This document shows, in pieces, positions 33,030 to 43,356 of a stretch of DNA of 64,000 bases. Origin of the DNA: an uncultured cyanobacterium (lineage in GTDB: Bacteria > Cyanobacteriota > Cyanobacteriia > Cyanobacteriales > Nostocaceae); contig OY970166.1 of the NCBI GenBank assembly GCA_963706595.1, positions 2,080,001 to 2,144,000 on the forward strand. The letters run 5' to 3'. The position numbers were made by a program, and so were the translations under genes. How positions within the stretch are numbered: position 1 is the first letter of the stretch; each line of letters starts with the position of its first letter. Under the pieces are notes generated by a model. The model was given only the letters and a program-made list of their open reading frames with translations. It did not search any database and was not told the DNA's origin.

Positions 33030-34196
33030 ATGAAAGTTTTACACATAATTCCTTCCATCAGCCCTAAGCTCGGCGGTCCAACTCAGGTAGTGTTGAATTT
33101 GGTAAGGGCTTTAAGAACAGAGGGAATTGATGTAGAAATTGCCACTACTAATGATGATGACGGATTATTGCTAGATGTACCGCTATCAGAACTGATAGAA
33201 TATCAAGGATTACCAGTTTGGTTTTTTCCCCGTGTAGCTAGGATAAAAGCATTTTTACCTTCTTGGGCATTTACACGCTGGCTGTGGCAAAATATCAAAA
33301 ATTACGATATTTTAGATAATCACTATTTATTTTCCTATCTTCCTACCTGTGCTGCTATAGTTGCCCAGTGGCAACAAGTTCCATACACGGTGAGAATTAT
33401 GGGACAATTAACCCCTTGGGCATTGGCACAAAGTCAGTTAAAAAAGCAAGTTTATAGCTATTTAATTGAGCGACGCAATTTAAATAATGCTGCGGCTATT
33501 CACTGTACGTCTTCAGGTGAGCTTGAGGATGCCATCAGATTTGACGTGAAGCCGGCTAAAATCGTTTTACCTCTGGGAGTTAATGCTCCCAAATTGATTC
33601 CTGATGCTAAATCTAAATTGCGACATCACTACAATATTTCTCAGGAAATTCCGGTTGTGCTTTTTCTCTCTCGTCTGCACTATAAAAAACGTCCTGAACT
33701 GTTGATTCAAACATTAGGTGAGTTAGGAAAACAGCAACAACAGTTTCACTTGATTCTAGCTGGTTCTGGAGATGATCTATATGTTCAATCTTTACATAAA
33801 ATGGTGGAAGATGTCAACATAACCAACCAAACTTCCTTTGTGGGGTTTGTGAGTGGATATGAGAAAGATTTGCTATTACAAGGTGCTGACTTGTTTGTGT
33901 TACCAACTTATTCGGAAAATTTCGGCATTGCTTTAGCAGAAGCGATGGTGTCTGGTTTACCAATTATCACAACCCCAGGTGTGCAAATTGCCCCAGAAAT
34001 CGCACAAGCCAAAGCCGGAATCATTGTAGAAGGAGAAATAGAACCATTACAAGCAGCGATTGCTCATCTTCTCAACTCACCCCAGTTACGCTATGAATTG
34101 GGTAACAATGGTCGGCTATTTGCTCTAGAACACTACTCATGGCCAGCGATCGCTAAGAAATTAGCTTCAGTTTACCAAGCCATTCTCAATGTATAG
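33030..34196 (+). CDS. GT4 glycosyltransferase
   Basis: GGPT, FLSRLHYKK and PTYSENFGIALAEAM motifs. Confidence 0.9.
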   Translation: MKVLHIIPSISPKLGGPTQVVLNLVRALRTEGIDVEIATTNDDDGLLLDVPLSELIEYQGLPVWFFPRVARIKAFLPSWAFTRWLWQNIKNYDILDNHYLFSYLPTCAAIVAQWQQVPYTVRIMGQLTPWALAQSQLKKQVYSYLIERRNLNNAAAIHCTSSGELEDAIRFDVKPAKIVLPLGVNAPKLIPDAKSKLRHHYNISQEIPVVLFLSRLHYKKRPELLIQTLGELGKQQQQFHLILAGSGDDLYVQSLHKMVEDVNITNQTSFVGFVSGYEKDLLLQGADLFVLPTYSENFGIALAEAMVSGLPIITTPGVQIAPEIAQAKAGIIVEGEIEPLQAAIAHLLNSPQLRYELGNNGRLFALEHYSWPAIAKKLASVYQAILNV

Positions 34197-34233
34197 AATA
34201 CAGTAGAATGAAAAACTAATTTCAGTTGCTGCC

Positions 34234-34821
34234 ATGTTGAAGCTGAACAAAAAATATGGGTTTGTAATTATAGCAGGTTTTATACTAGGATTATTGAGCA
34301 TAATTCCCGTCCGACTAGCGATCGCCTCTTACCAGTCTCCCCATCCCCAAGCTATCCTTACCCTTGGTGGCGGTCCAGATCGAGAAGAATTTACGGCTCA
34401 ATTTGCCCAAAAATATCCCCAGTTAGATATCTGGGTTTCTAGCGGTAGCCCTCCAGAAAAAGCCCTGGACATCTTCCAAAATGCAGATATTGCTAACGAC
34501 CGCTTTCACCTCGATTACCGTGCTGTTGACACTGTTACCAACTTCACAACCCTAGTTGATGATTTTAAGCACGAGAACATTCAGCACATATATTTAATTA
34601 CTTCGAGCTTTCATATGCCCAGAGCCAAAGCCATAGCCACCATAGTTCTGGGTAGTCAAGGCATAACTTTTACCCCCATATCTATCCCCTCCTCAAAACC
34701 TAGAGAATCAATAGTTCGCATTGTCAGGGATAGTGGACGTTCCCTACTGTGGATTGTATCAGGTCGGACTGGAGCCAGCTTTAACCCTCGTTTTCGTGAG
34801 CCATCTTATGCGGCTAGATAA
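34234..34821 (+). CDS. YdcF/DUF218 family protein
   Basis: N-terminal TM segment, plus TLGGG, DTVTNF and ITSSFHMPRA motifs. Confidence 0.88.
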   Translation: MLKLNKKYGFVIIAGFILGLLSIIPVRLAIASYQSPHPQAILTLGGGPDREEFTAQFAQKYPQLDIWVSSGSPPEKALDIFQNADIANDRFHLDYRAVDTVTNFTTLVDDFKHENIQHIYLITSSFHMPRAKAIATIVLGSQGITFTPISIPSSKPRESIVRIVRDSGRSLLWIVSGRTGASFNPRFREPSYAAR

Positions 34822-35350
34822 ATATACCCTGGGCAGTTATACCCCTGGCGCACCCTACTGGAAACAGCTTTTGTGGTACTTCCTGGGATCTCCCTTAGTT
34901 GAGAGTCCTTGGCTTCCCATCTCATCTGTGAAGGTGGGGATATTACGGATTTTTGGCGCTAGTATTGGTCAGGGTGTTCGCATTAAGCCAGGAATGCGGG
35001 TGAAGTTTCCTTGGCGGTTAACTTTAGGCGATTATGTTTGGATTGGTGAAGATACTTGGATAGATAACCTCGCTGATGTGACTATAGAAAGTCATGTTTG
35101 CATATCTCAAGGTGTGTATCTCTGCACAGGGAATCATAATTGGAGTCACCCTAATTTTGAGTTGAAAACTGCCCCCATTTATATTCAAGAAAGTAGTTGG
35201 ATTGCCGCTAAGTCAGTCATTGGTCCTGGCGTTACTGTTGGGAAAGGTGCTGTGTTGACTTTAGGTGGAGTTGCTGCTAAATCATTGGCATCGATGACTA
35301 TTTATGCAGGAAATCCGGCAGAACCAATTAAGGAAAGAAAGATGCTCTAG
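34808..35350 (+). CDS. wcaF: WcaF-family polysaccharide O-acetyltransferase
   Basis: Hexapeptide repeats, VKFPW, LCTGNH and YAGNPA. The ATG is at 34808. Confidence 0.88.
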   Translation: MRLDKYTLGSYTPGAPYWKQLLWYFLGSPLVESPWLPISSVKVGILRIFGASIGQGVRIKPGMRVKFPWRLTLGDYVWIGEDTWIDNLADVTIESHVCISQGVYLCTGNHNWSHPNFELKTAPIYIQESSWIAAKSVIGPGVTVGKGAVLTLGGVAAKSLASMTIYAGNPAEPIKERKML

Positions 35351-35428
35351 CATTTCTGAGTCAAGGAAGGATTTGAGGAAGGAGCAATTGATGAATTTAT
35401 CGGAAATTTCAGCCAACAAGAATGGAAA

Positions 35429-35890
35429 TTACTCTCTTGATGTCCAAGACCTGAGTTTGCTAATTACGGGTTTGTCAGGTTTAGATAAATTGAGTCGATA
35501 TTGGGTGATTGGTACATAAGAGCCATTACCATCACGGACGGTAACGAGAAAGGCGGTTTTATTACGTGGATCTTTGCGAATATTATCGATGTAACCAGAT
35601 TGTATTTGTGGGATATTTAAAAGCTTTGCTTGTTTAAATCCTGGTCGGGAAATACAGGTAATGGGAGAACCATCTATATATTGACCTGAATAAAACCAAT
35701 AAGTTTGTCCTTGGGTTTGAAATTCAAATTTGGACATCACCGTAAATCTGTCAAACTCGTCTAATTGCTGATTTTGTTGGCAGGTATTGTCAATATATAT
35801 TTCTTGAGCATGGGCAGGAGTGCTGGTAAATAACCCCAACATGAAACTAATTGCTAATCCAGTTGTTAGTGTGATTTTAGACTTAATCAT
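35429..35890 (-). CDS. Hypothetical secreted protein
   Basis: 153-aa ORF with a signal peptide ending in AHA. Confidence 0.7.
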   Translation of the reverse strand: MIKSKITLTTGLAISFMLGLFTSTPAHAQEIYIDNTCQQNQQLDEFDRFTVMSKFEFQTQGQTYWFYSGQYIDGSPITCISRPGFKQAKLLNIPQIQSGYIDNIRKDPRNKTAFLVTVRDGNGSYVPITQYRLNLSKPDKPVISKLRSWTSRE

Positions 35891-36028
35891 CAGTTGATTC
35901 CCAAAATTTGGTGAGCGATGGCTCGCTTGCAGATGATAGGCTATTGGGACTGCTCACAGTTTGATGATTCCGCCCTAAAAAACCTAAAATAATTGAGTGC
36001 GATTGAAAGCTTAAGGAATCATTTTATC

Positions 36029-36514
36029 ATGTCCCATCTACTAACAGTCTTCACACAGCGACTCCGGCGGATGATCACTTTTGTCATCTTCCTCACTCTG
36101 GTCAGTAGTTTAATACTTCCTGCCCCTAGTTGGGCTTCTGGTTTGGGAGTTGAAAATGGTCATCTGAGTTCTTGTCCAGCTTCAGATAACTGTGTTGTCA
36201 GCCAAGACGCTGATGCTAAACACGCCATTGACCCCATTACCTATCATGTAGACCGCGATGCAGCACGAGCAACTTTACTGAAAGTTCTCGGTGTTGTTCC
36301 CCGCACAGAGGTGATAGAACAAACAGATAATTACATTCATGCTCTATCTAAAAGCCGCATCTTTAAATTTGTGGATGATGTAGAGTTTTATTTACCTGCC
36401 AATGAGCCTGTGATTCATACCCGTTCGGCATCTCGCATAGGAGAATCGGATCTGGGAGTCAATCGCAGGCGTGTAGAGCAAATTCGCCTAGCTTTGCGCG
36501 ATTTAAACATTTAA
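36029..36514 (+). CDS. DUF1499 family protein
   Basis: CPASDNCVVSQ, FVDDVEF and SASRIGESDLGVNRRR motifs. Confidence 0.88.
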   Translation: MSHLLTVFTQRLRRMITFVIFLTLVSSLILPAPSWASGLGVENGHLSSCPASDNCVVSQDADAKHAIDPITYHVDRDAARATLLKVLGVVPRTEVIEQTDNYIHALSKSRIFKFVDDVEFYLPANEPVIHTRSASRIGESDLGVNRRRVEQIRLALRDLNI

Positions 36515-36632
36515 TTGCCAAATATCGCCCGTTGTGTTAATTCGCGGTGTGCTACACCTGTGGATATGCGGCGGGATTAATGCTACTGTTTGAGCGATCG
36601 CTTTATTGATATTTTTACGCAAGGATTTTGTT

Positions 36633-37025
36633 ATGCTGCCCTGGACTGGTCTAATCACTGCTCTGACACTTTTATTATATTTGGTCATCACCATTAATGT
36701 TGGTCGAGCCAGAGCCAAATACAAAGTCTTACCTCCCCAAATGACCGGAAACCAAGACTTTGAAAGAGTGGTGCGTGTGCAACAAAATACTCTAGAGCAA
36801 ATGGTTTTCTTCCTTCCCGCTTTATGGTTATTTTCTTTATACCTCAGCCAATTCTGGGGGGCGGGTATTGGTGCAGTTTGGGTTCTGGGTCGCATTGTTT
36901 ACGCTTGGGGATATTATCAAGCCGCCGAAAAACGCATGATTGGCTTCGGTATCAGTTCTCTGAGTAGTATGGTGCTACTTTTAGGTTCCCTGATTGGCAT
37001 CATCCTATCTTTGGTGCAATCATAG
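36633..37025 (+). CDS. MAPEG family membrane protein
   Basis: VGRARAKY, FERVVRVQQNTLEQ and GRIVYAWGY motifs. Confidence 0.9.
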   Translation: MLPWTGLITALTLLLYLVITINVGRARAKYKVLPPQMTGNQDFERVVRVQQNTLEQMVFFLPALWLFSLYLSQFWGAGIGAVWVLGRIVYAWGYYQAAEKRMIGFGISSLSSMVLLLGSLIGIILSLVQS

Positions 37026-37075
37026 AAATAGTTATAGTTAGGATTAAGTTTTTTTCCCCAATAAATATTAATTCT

Positions 37076-37597
37076 ATGTGTCACCTGAAGCGCAAAATTG
37101 GGCAAAATTTGTGGCGTTGCACCCTAATAATTCTGATGGCCTTGACATTTGGTGGATGGGGTATGGAATCAGCACAGGCGTTACTGCGGCAACATCATGA
37201 TTCCCCTGGTGTTTTGCGCTACCATTCCCAAGTATCTCTCAAAGATGAGAAAGGGTACGCTTGGCAAGTGCTGCTGTTCAAACAAAATGACAACAGTCCA
37301 GTCCAAAACTTCAGGTTACGTGTGGTGGGTTTTCCTGGTATCGCTGAAATTGCCCACCCCCAACCATTAGAAATTGAGGCAGCATCAGGAAAATTGCTCA
37401 GTGCATCTGATGCTTATGCTTTAGCTGCACCCGCCCCCAATGTAGGTGAATATGAATTCACTAACATTTTACCCCAATTGCCAACCACCGATGCGCTCAA
37501 ACTTTATGTGCCTACTCAAAACGGCAAGCCATTAGTTCTCAAAATCCCCAACAATGTAGTTACAGAGTGGCAATGGCTAGTCACAGAAATTCATTGA
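37076..37597 (+). CDS. DUF3122 family protein
   Basis: Signal peptide, plus WQVLLFK, RVVGFPG, HPQPL and NVGEY motifs. Confidence 0.75.
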   Translation: MCHLKRKIGQNLWRCTLIILMALTFGGWGMESAQALLRQHHDSPGVLRYHSQVSLKDEKGYAWQVLLFKQNDNSPVQNFRLRVVGFPGIAEIAHPQPLEIEAASGKLLSASDAYALAAPAPNVGEYEFTNILPQLPTTDALKLYVPTQNGKPLVLKIPNNVVTEWQWLVTEIH

Positions 37598-37676
37598 TTT
37601 TAATAGTTAACTAGCGCTACAAGCGGGGTGCAGTGCAATGATTTTGATCATGGTAATTAATTAACTGCGATTGATT

Positions 37677-38441
37677 TTATTTCTGGTTGATAAACTCAAT
37701 TTGTGATGCTGAAATTTGCTTCACATTCGCTTCGATCATTAGTGTAATACTTTCCTGTTCAACTTCCATATTTATAATCCGAAATGCTATATCTTCCCAC
37801 TTCAAAAAAGGTAGATTTGCTAGTTCTTTTACCTTCTGCATAAATGCTGAAATTAGTTCTACAGAAATTCCTTCTCCTTCAGTACAAGTGACACTTGACA
37901 GCAAGATGGGTTGGGAATTAGTCCGGGGGATAAAAGTCAATGTCACACCTAATAAACGCGTATTTTCCTCTGATTTTAGCAGCCCTGTGGCATTGAACCC
38001 GATTTTGCCATCTCCAGGTAAAAATATATCAGTATGTTGCGGCTCAAAACTGATAATTTCGCCGTCTACATTTAACGGAAAGTTGGCTACCAAACTACGA
38101 ATTAAGTCTGAGGTCAAAGCGAGATTAATATCTGTTTTTGTGAGGACAATACGCGCCACCGCATTTACAGGTTCATTCAGTTCAATTTGACCGAAAATAG
38201 CACTTAAAGGATTTATGGAAATATTATCTGTTTGCAGTTTTATTTCCTGCACCCGGATATTTTCTTGTATTACTAATCCTTGACCTGCAACAGAAACTTT
38301 CTCGGCTTTTCCCTGGACAATTTTTACCACATCAGTGTCTACATTTATATCAATTTGTTCAGATGCATCTAGTTTTTCAGATACTCTTTGTTCTGCTTGA
38401 TGTGATATAAATTGTTCTTCTAAACGTTGGTTTTCTGGCAT
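37677..38441 (-). CDS. DUF2993/LmeA family protein
   Basis: INPLSAIFGQIEL and ARIVLTKTDINLAL patterns. Confidence 0.75.
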   Translation of the reverse strand: MPENQRLEEQFISHQAEQRVSEKLDASEQIDINVDTDVVKIVQGKAEKVSVAGQGLVIQENIRVQEIKLQTDNISINPLSAIFGQIELNEPVNAVARIVLTKTDINLALTSDLIRSLVANFPLNVDGEIISFEPQHTDIFLPGDGKIGFNATGLLKSEENTRLLGVTLTFIPRTNSQPILLSSVTCTEGEGISVELISAFMQKVKELANLPFLKWEDIAFRIINMEVEQESITLMIEANVKQISASQIEFINQK

Positions 38442-38739
38442 CAAATTTTGCGCTCCTAAGTTCCATATACTGGTTACTTTAAACTTTAAATACTCAGGAA
38501 GGTATCTACAATAAGATATATGCAAATGTGAGTATATTAGAAAAGTGTAATTTTTCTGTTTAAAGCAGTAATACTACTTAAATTCACTAAAAATAATTCA
38601 GTGTTTGTTGGACAACTATTTAAAGTCCTTATCCTCACCTTGCGAAAATGCAATAAGTTCTGACTACCTCAAAGATGTAAAATTTTTGTTAAATTCATCA
38701 AGCATCTAGAATTTGTCCTCTTTTTATAAGGTTCTCAGC

Positions 38740-40944
38740 ATGACATCAAAAGCATCTTCCGCCCTACCTAATTTTTGTGAAGGGATTCAATATTTTGGTG
38801 AGGCGTTACCAAATTTTGAAAAATATGGTATAATGCCAGCTATAGAGTCTGGCAAGAAGGCGATCGCAGACCCTACAGATGCCGCAGCCGTCTATCAAAC
38901 TTTACTTGCTGCTGATGCCCTGCGCTACCTGACGCTGCAAGTTACAGCTAGTAAAGCATCTGGACACCCAGGCGGTTTTGCCAGTCAAGCAGAAGCTTAT
39001 GCAGCCCTAGTAATGCTGGGTCATAAGAATATTATCACCGAAGTGGGACACCACGCCCCTGGATTCTATAGTGCCATGTTTTTGGATCGTTCCTTGGAAG
39101 ACATGGGCATTTCTACAGTACAGCAATTGCGCGATCGCTTCCGCGAAAAGCACGGACTCTTAGGACACCTTTCCGGTTTCATTCCTGGCATTCTCGCACC
39201 GGCTGGACCACTAGGACAAGGACAACACTTTGCTATGTCCGCCGCCTTGCTGCATCAAGATAAATTATTCCCCTTTACTGTGGGTGATGGTGGATTGGGT
39301 GAGCCTTATATTGTCAGTGCGATCGCCCACTTTAACACAGCATATCCTAGCGTCACCAACTTCTTACCCGTCATGGTGTGGAATGGTTACAGCCAAGAAC
39401 ATCATAGTATGGTTTCCCTGAAAACCAACGCCGAAATGAAAGCCTACTGGCAAGGAAACGGTTTTGCGGAAGTCGTATTAGTGGATGCGAAAGACTTTGA
39501 CGACCAAAACCAACCAGGGGATTATGTAGATAGTACCGTCTTTTCCTTCGAGCAGCGCCTAGCCTTCACCAAAGCCGTACTTTTGGGAATAGATAAAGCC
39601 GCCCATTCTGCGATGAATGGACAGTTAACGGTATTCATCATTAAACAACTCAAAGGCGCAGGAGTTCACGCCCTGGGTTCCCAATCTCACAACCTTTATC
39701 CGAAAGATACCCTAGACGCGCCGCACATTATCAGTGCATTAAAAACCCGTGCTTTATCAGTAGAAGCTTGGGAATTAGTCCGCACAAATGCCGAACGCGC
39801 CGGAGGAGGTCCCGCAGCGAAAACAGTAGTTACAGAATTTGAATTACCCTTAGCAGATTTAGGACAATTACCATTAGAAGAATATACAGTAGGTGGAGAT
39901 CCCAAAGTTGCCACAACCGTAATGGGTAAATTAGTGGGATATGTGGGTAAAAAAGATAGTAACTTCTTAGTCACCAACGCCGACGGAAACGCCGCATCAG
40001 GAATTGGTAACATTAATGAAGCATTAAAAATCATTCACCCCACAACCGATGATTTATATAACCAAGCACCAAACGGACAAGTTTATGAACCATTGAGTGA
40101 AGATGCTTGTGCAGGTTTAGCGGCTGGTTTAGCCTTAATGGGTGCGAGAACATTATGGTGTTCTTATGAATCTTTTGCCATCAACGGTGTACCAATTTGG
40201 CAAACAGTCATCCAAGCAATGGCAGAATTGCGCCGTCAAACACCGTCTAGCATAACATTATTTACAGCCGGAGCATTAGAGCAAGGGCGCAACGGTTGGA
40301 CACACCAACGCCCGGAAATTGAAGCTTACTTTGCGTCACTGATGCGGAATGGAAATGTCTTCCCATTATTTCCCCCTGATGCTAACAGTATCCAAGGCTG
40401 TTATGACTGGGCTTTGCAAACAAAGAATAAGGGAATTGTGATTACAGCCAGTAAGTCACCGTTACCAATTCGCACAACTTTAGAACAAACTCGGCAAGGT
40501 TTAGAAGATGGTGCCATCTTATTACAAGAAGTCCCAGGAGATAAACAAGTTGTGTTTGCAGTCATTGGCGATATGACATTAATTCCTGTGTTTGAAGCGG
40601 CGGCTTTCTTAGAAACTGAAGGTATTGGAGTGAAGATTATTTCTATTATCAACCCTCGCCGTTTGTATCGTCCTAATGATACAGCTTGGGAAACTTGTTC
40701 AGAAGCCGATGGTGGTTTTATGGATGATGCCAAATTTGCCGAATTATTTGATGGAAGTGCCTTAATTGGTGTAACTGGTGGTGCTGCGGCGATGCTGGAA
40801 CCAATTATGTTACGCAGTAATTGCAAGCGTGATACTTTTGCCTGGAAGCGTGGGGAAACTACCGCCAGTGCGGGAGAGTTGATGGCGTTTAATGGCTTGA
40901 CTGCGGAAGCGTTGACTAAGCGTGCTATTGAGTTAGTGCATTAA
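38740..40944 (+). CDS. Phosphoketolase/transketolase-family TPP enzyme
   Basis: SGHPGG, TPP-binding GDG...N, EPLSE, SYESFA and RNGWTHQ motifs. Confidence 0.85.
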   Translation: MTSKASSALPNFCEGIQYFGEALPNFEKYGIMPAIESGKKAIADPTDAAAVYQTLLAADALRYLTLQVTASKASGHPGGFASQAEAYAALVMLGHKNIITEVGHHAPGFYSAMFLDRSLEDMGISTVQQLRDRFREKHGLLGHLSGFIPGILAPAGPLGQGQHFAMSAALLHQDKLFPFTVGDGGLGEPYIVSAIAHFNTAYPSVTNFLPVMVWNGYSQEHHSMVSLKTNAEMKAYWQGNGFAEVVLVDAKDFDDQNQPGDYVDSTVFSFEQRLAFTKAVLLGIDKAAHSAMNGQLTVFIIKQLKGAGVHALGSQSHNLYPKDTLDAPHIISALKTRALSVEAWELVRTNAERAGGGPAAKTVVTEFELPLADLGQLPLEEYTVGGDPKVATTVMGKLVGYVGKKDSNFLVTNADGNAASGIGNINEALKIIHPTTDDLYNQAPNGQVYEPLSEDACAGLAAGLALMGARTLWCSYESFAINGVPIWQTVIQAMAELRRQTPSSITLFTAGALEQGRNGWTHQRPEIEAYFASLMRNGNVFPLFPPDANSIQGCYDWALQTKNKGIVITASKSPLPIRTTLEQTRQGLEDGAILLQEVPGDKQVVFAVIGDMTLIPVFEAAAFLETEGIGVKIISIINPRRLYRPNDTAWETCSEADGGFMDDAKFAELFDGSALIGVTGGAAAMLEPIMLRSNCKRDTFAWKRGETTASAGELMAFNGLTAEALTKRAIELVH

Positions 40945-40968
40945 GGATTTTTAAATCAGTAACTTTCA

Positions 40969-41017
40969 CGTAAATACACGCATAAAAGACTAAAAGCTTT
41001 AATTGCGTGTATTTACG
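40969..41017 (+). terminator. Long inverted repeat at the left boundary of the defence/TA island
   Basis: CGTAAATACACGCA and TGCGTGTATTTACG form perfect 14-bp arms with a loop of about 21 nt. Confidence 0.55.
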
Positions 41018-41092
41018 CTTCCTAATGTTAAATGTAGTTGGTATTAGTTAAAATACGGGTACTTAAAAAGTAAGATACTATTACAAAAAGCA

Positions 41093-41806
41093 ATGAAGAA
41101 GATAATATTTGTTACTGGTGTTACAAGAATGAGAGAAGGATTTGTATGTGTGAGTGGGATAGACGAGCAAGGGAACTTTGTAAGACCACAGATTCACTAT
41201 CCTGAAAGACCAGGTATCAAGCAGGAATTTCTTTACGTTGAAGGACAAGCAGTAATAAAACCTCTCGCTAAAGTAGAACTAGAGTTCTTAAACCCTGTTG
41301 CTAAGTCAGCATTTCATACGGAAGATTGGGAAATTGATGGTGAAGTTCAACCCAGATTAGTAGGTATACCGAATGATAGTGAAAAATTAGTTATCCTTAA
41401 TCAAAAAACTGATTTTTCATTAGAACAGGCATTAGCTGAACAATCACGTTCAATTGTTATTGTCAAAAGCCGTGAAGTTCCTGAGATTGAAGTTAGAACA
41501 TGGGACGATCAGTTAAAATGTCACTTGTCATTTTATGATGAGTTTGGTGATTATCACCCACACTTACCAGTAACAGATGCAAACTGGTTAGCCGTTTGTA
41601 AGTTTCTTTGGCAAACAGATAGAACAAATTTACAACCAAGATTGACTAAAGCATTGCAAGGTAAAGATATATTTATTAGAATTGGTATAACAAGAGAGTG
41701 GAAAGGTCAAAAATGGCGGCAAATTTCAGGTGTTTTCTCAGTACCAGACTGGTTACAAGGAAAATGTTTTGCTGATTTAGATTATGATTTTAGCGACTAT
41801 GTATGA
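41093..41806 (+). CDS. Dual OB-fold (DuOB-like) domain protein
   Basis: N-terminal VTRMxxGxVCVSGID...FVRP, plus HTED and LPVTD motifs, recognised as resembling the dual-OB family. It sits next to DUF488 genes. Confidence 0.65.
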   Translation: MKKIIFVTGVTRMREGFVCVSGIDEQGNFVRPQIHYPERPGIKQEFLYVEGQAVIKPLAKVELEFLNPVAKSAFHTEDWEIDGEVQPRLVGIPNDSEKLVILNQKTDFSLEQALAEQSRSIVIVKSREVPEIEVRTWDDQLKCHLSFYDEFGDYHPHLPVTDANWLAVCKFLWQTDRTNLQPRLTKALQGKDIFIRIGITREWKGQKWRQISGVFSVPDWLQGKCFADLDYDFSDYV

Positions 41807-41818
41807 GAGAAATAAACC

Positions 41819-42367
41819 ATGAATAATGATAAAGACTTAATTAAAAATAACAATCAATTAACCTTATTTACTATTGGTCATTCCAACCACTGCATTAATA
41901 AATTTATAGAGCTTTTGAAAGCTAACAATGTTTTGTGTATTGTTGATGTGAGAAGTATTCCCTATAGTAAATACAACCAAAGTTTTACTAAAGAAAAACT
42001 ATCTTCAGAATTGCTCCAACATGGAATTGACTATATTTGGATGGGAAATACTTTGGGAGGACGTAGAGATGAATTAGAAAATTCTAGAGGATTTAGGCAA
42101 GATGATAAGTATGATTCAGACCAGGAATATAATACTGGAATTTTAGAACTTATGAGTGTAGCATTTTCCAAAAGAACTGCAATAATGTGTAGTGAAGAAG
42201 ATCCTCGTGACTGTCATCGGCACAAAATTATAGCTAATACTTTATTGCGAAACTTACCAAAAGATTATAAAATTAATAATGCAAAAATTACTCACATTCG
42301 AGCTAGTGGTAAACTAGAAGATGCTTCATTAGTTCAGATTTACTTTCAATTATCATTATTTGGCTAG
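41819..42367 (+). CDS. DUF488 family protein
   Basis: FTIGHSN, VDVRSIPYS, LGGR and MCSEEDPRDCHR motifs. Confidence 0.88.
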   Translation: MNNDKDLIKNNNQLTLFTIGHSNHCINKFIELLKANNVLCIVDVRSIPYSKYNQSFTKEKLSSELLQHGIDYIWMGNTLGGRRDELENSRGFRQDDKYDSDQEYNTGILELMSVAFSKRTAIMCSEEDPRDCHRHKIIANTLLRNLPKDYKINNAKITHIRASGKLEDASLVQIYFQLSLFG

Positions 42368-42376
42368 TTACACAAT

Positions 42377-42814
42377 ATGGGAATTATATACACTATCGGA
42401 TTTACCAAAAAATCGGCAAAAGATTTTTTTGAATTATTAAAAAAAGAAAAAATTGATTTAGTTGCTGATGTCCGTCTTAATAATACTGGTCAGTTAGCAG
42501 GGTTTACGAAAAAAAAAGATTTAGAGTATTTTCTTGACCTTGTAGAAATAAAATACGAGCATTGGAATAATTTTGCTCCGACTAAAGAGATGCGTGATAA
42601 ATATCATGCTACTTGGAACTGGGAAGAGTATGAATCTTCATATCGAAGTCTTCTCAAAGGTCGAAATGCTTTAGAAAAGTTAAATAAACCAATCTTAACT
42701 AATCAAAAAGTATGCTTATTGTGTTCTGAACATACACCTGAAAAATGTCATCGAAGAATAGCATCAGAGATGTTATCTAATATAGTAGGTGGTACAAAGA
42801 TAGTTCATCTTTAG
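42377..42814 (+). CDS. DUF488 family protein (second subtype)
   Basis: YTIGFTKK, DVRLNN, QLAGF, APT and LCSEHTPEKCHRR motifs. Confidence 0.88.
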   Translation: MGIIYTIGFTKKSAKDFFELLKKEKIDLVADVRLNNTGQLAGFTKKKDLEYFLDLVEIKYEHWNNFAPTKEMRDKYHATWNWEEYESSYRSLLKGRNALEKLNKPILTNQKVCLLCSEHTPEKCHRRIASEMLSNIVGGTKIVHL

Positions 42815-42833
42815 TTTTAGATTAGGTTAGCTA

Positions 42834-43020
42834 GTAGGGTGGGTTAGCGACAGCGTAACCCACCAAACCAATAACCTAAACTAAAATGGTGGGTTAGGTT
42901 GCAAACAAAAATCTTCACGTTGAACATATTATTCTCTGCGCCTAACCCACCCTACATCCTTTGTGTCTTTAGGTTGCAAAGGTCAATCATCATGTTTACC
43001 AGATTATCCGGTGCGCCTCA
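42834..43020. repeat. GTAG-type REP/REPIN composite repeat, copy 1
   Basis: GTAGGGTGGGTTAGCG..GCGTAACCCACC ... CCTAACCCACCCTAC, followed by AGGTTGCAAAGG...CCGGTGCGCCTCA. Confidence 0.85.
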
Positions 43021-43065
43021 GTTATAATAAAATAATACCGAAAATTTTACTCAATATAGGAGTTA

Positions 43066-43356
43066 ATGATGGTAACAAAAATTGAAGAAATATATAGAAA
43101 TATTGATACTTTACCAGAAGAAGCTCAAAGCTTACTACTTGATTTTATTCAGTTACTCAAAAAGCATTACCCAAAACCAGAAAATCAACACATAGAAAAT
43201 GAGAAAACTTTCTCATCTACCCAAAAACAAAAACCACATCCACTAGACACATTTATAGAAAAACATGGTGCTTGGGAAGATGAACGCACAGCAGAAGAAA
43301 TAGTCAAAGAAATTTATGATAGTCGGACTATTTCTAACTATGATATTAGCTTATGA
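43066..43356 (+). CDS. DUF2281-like antitoxin
   Basis: IDTLPEEAQSLLLDFIQLL motif. The stop overlaps the start of a PIN gene. Confidence 0.75.
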   Translation: MMVTKIEEIYRNIDTLPEEAQSLLLDFIQLLKKHYPKPENQHIENEKTFSSTQKQKPHPLDTFIEKHGAWEDERTAEEIVKEIYDSRTISNYDISL

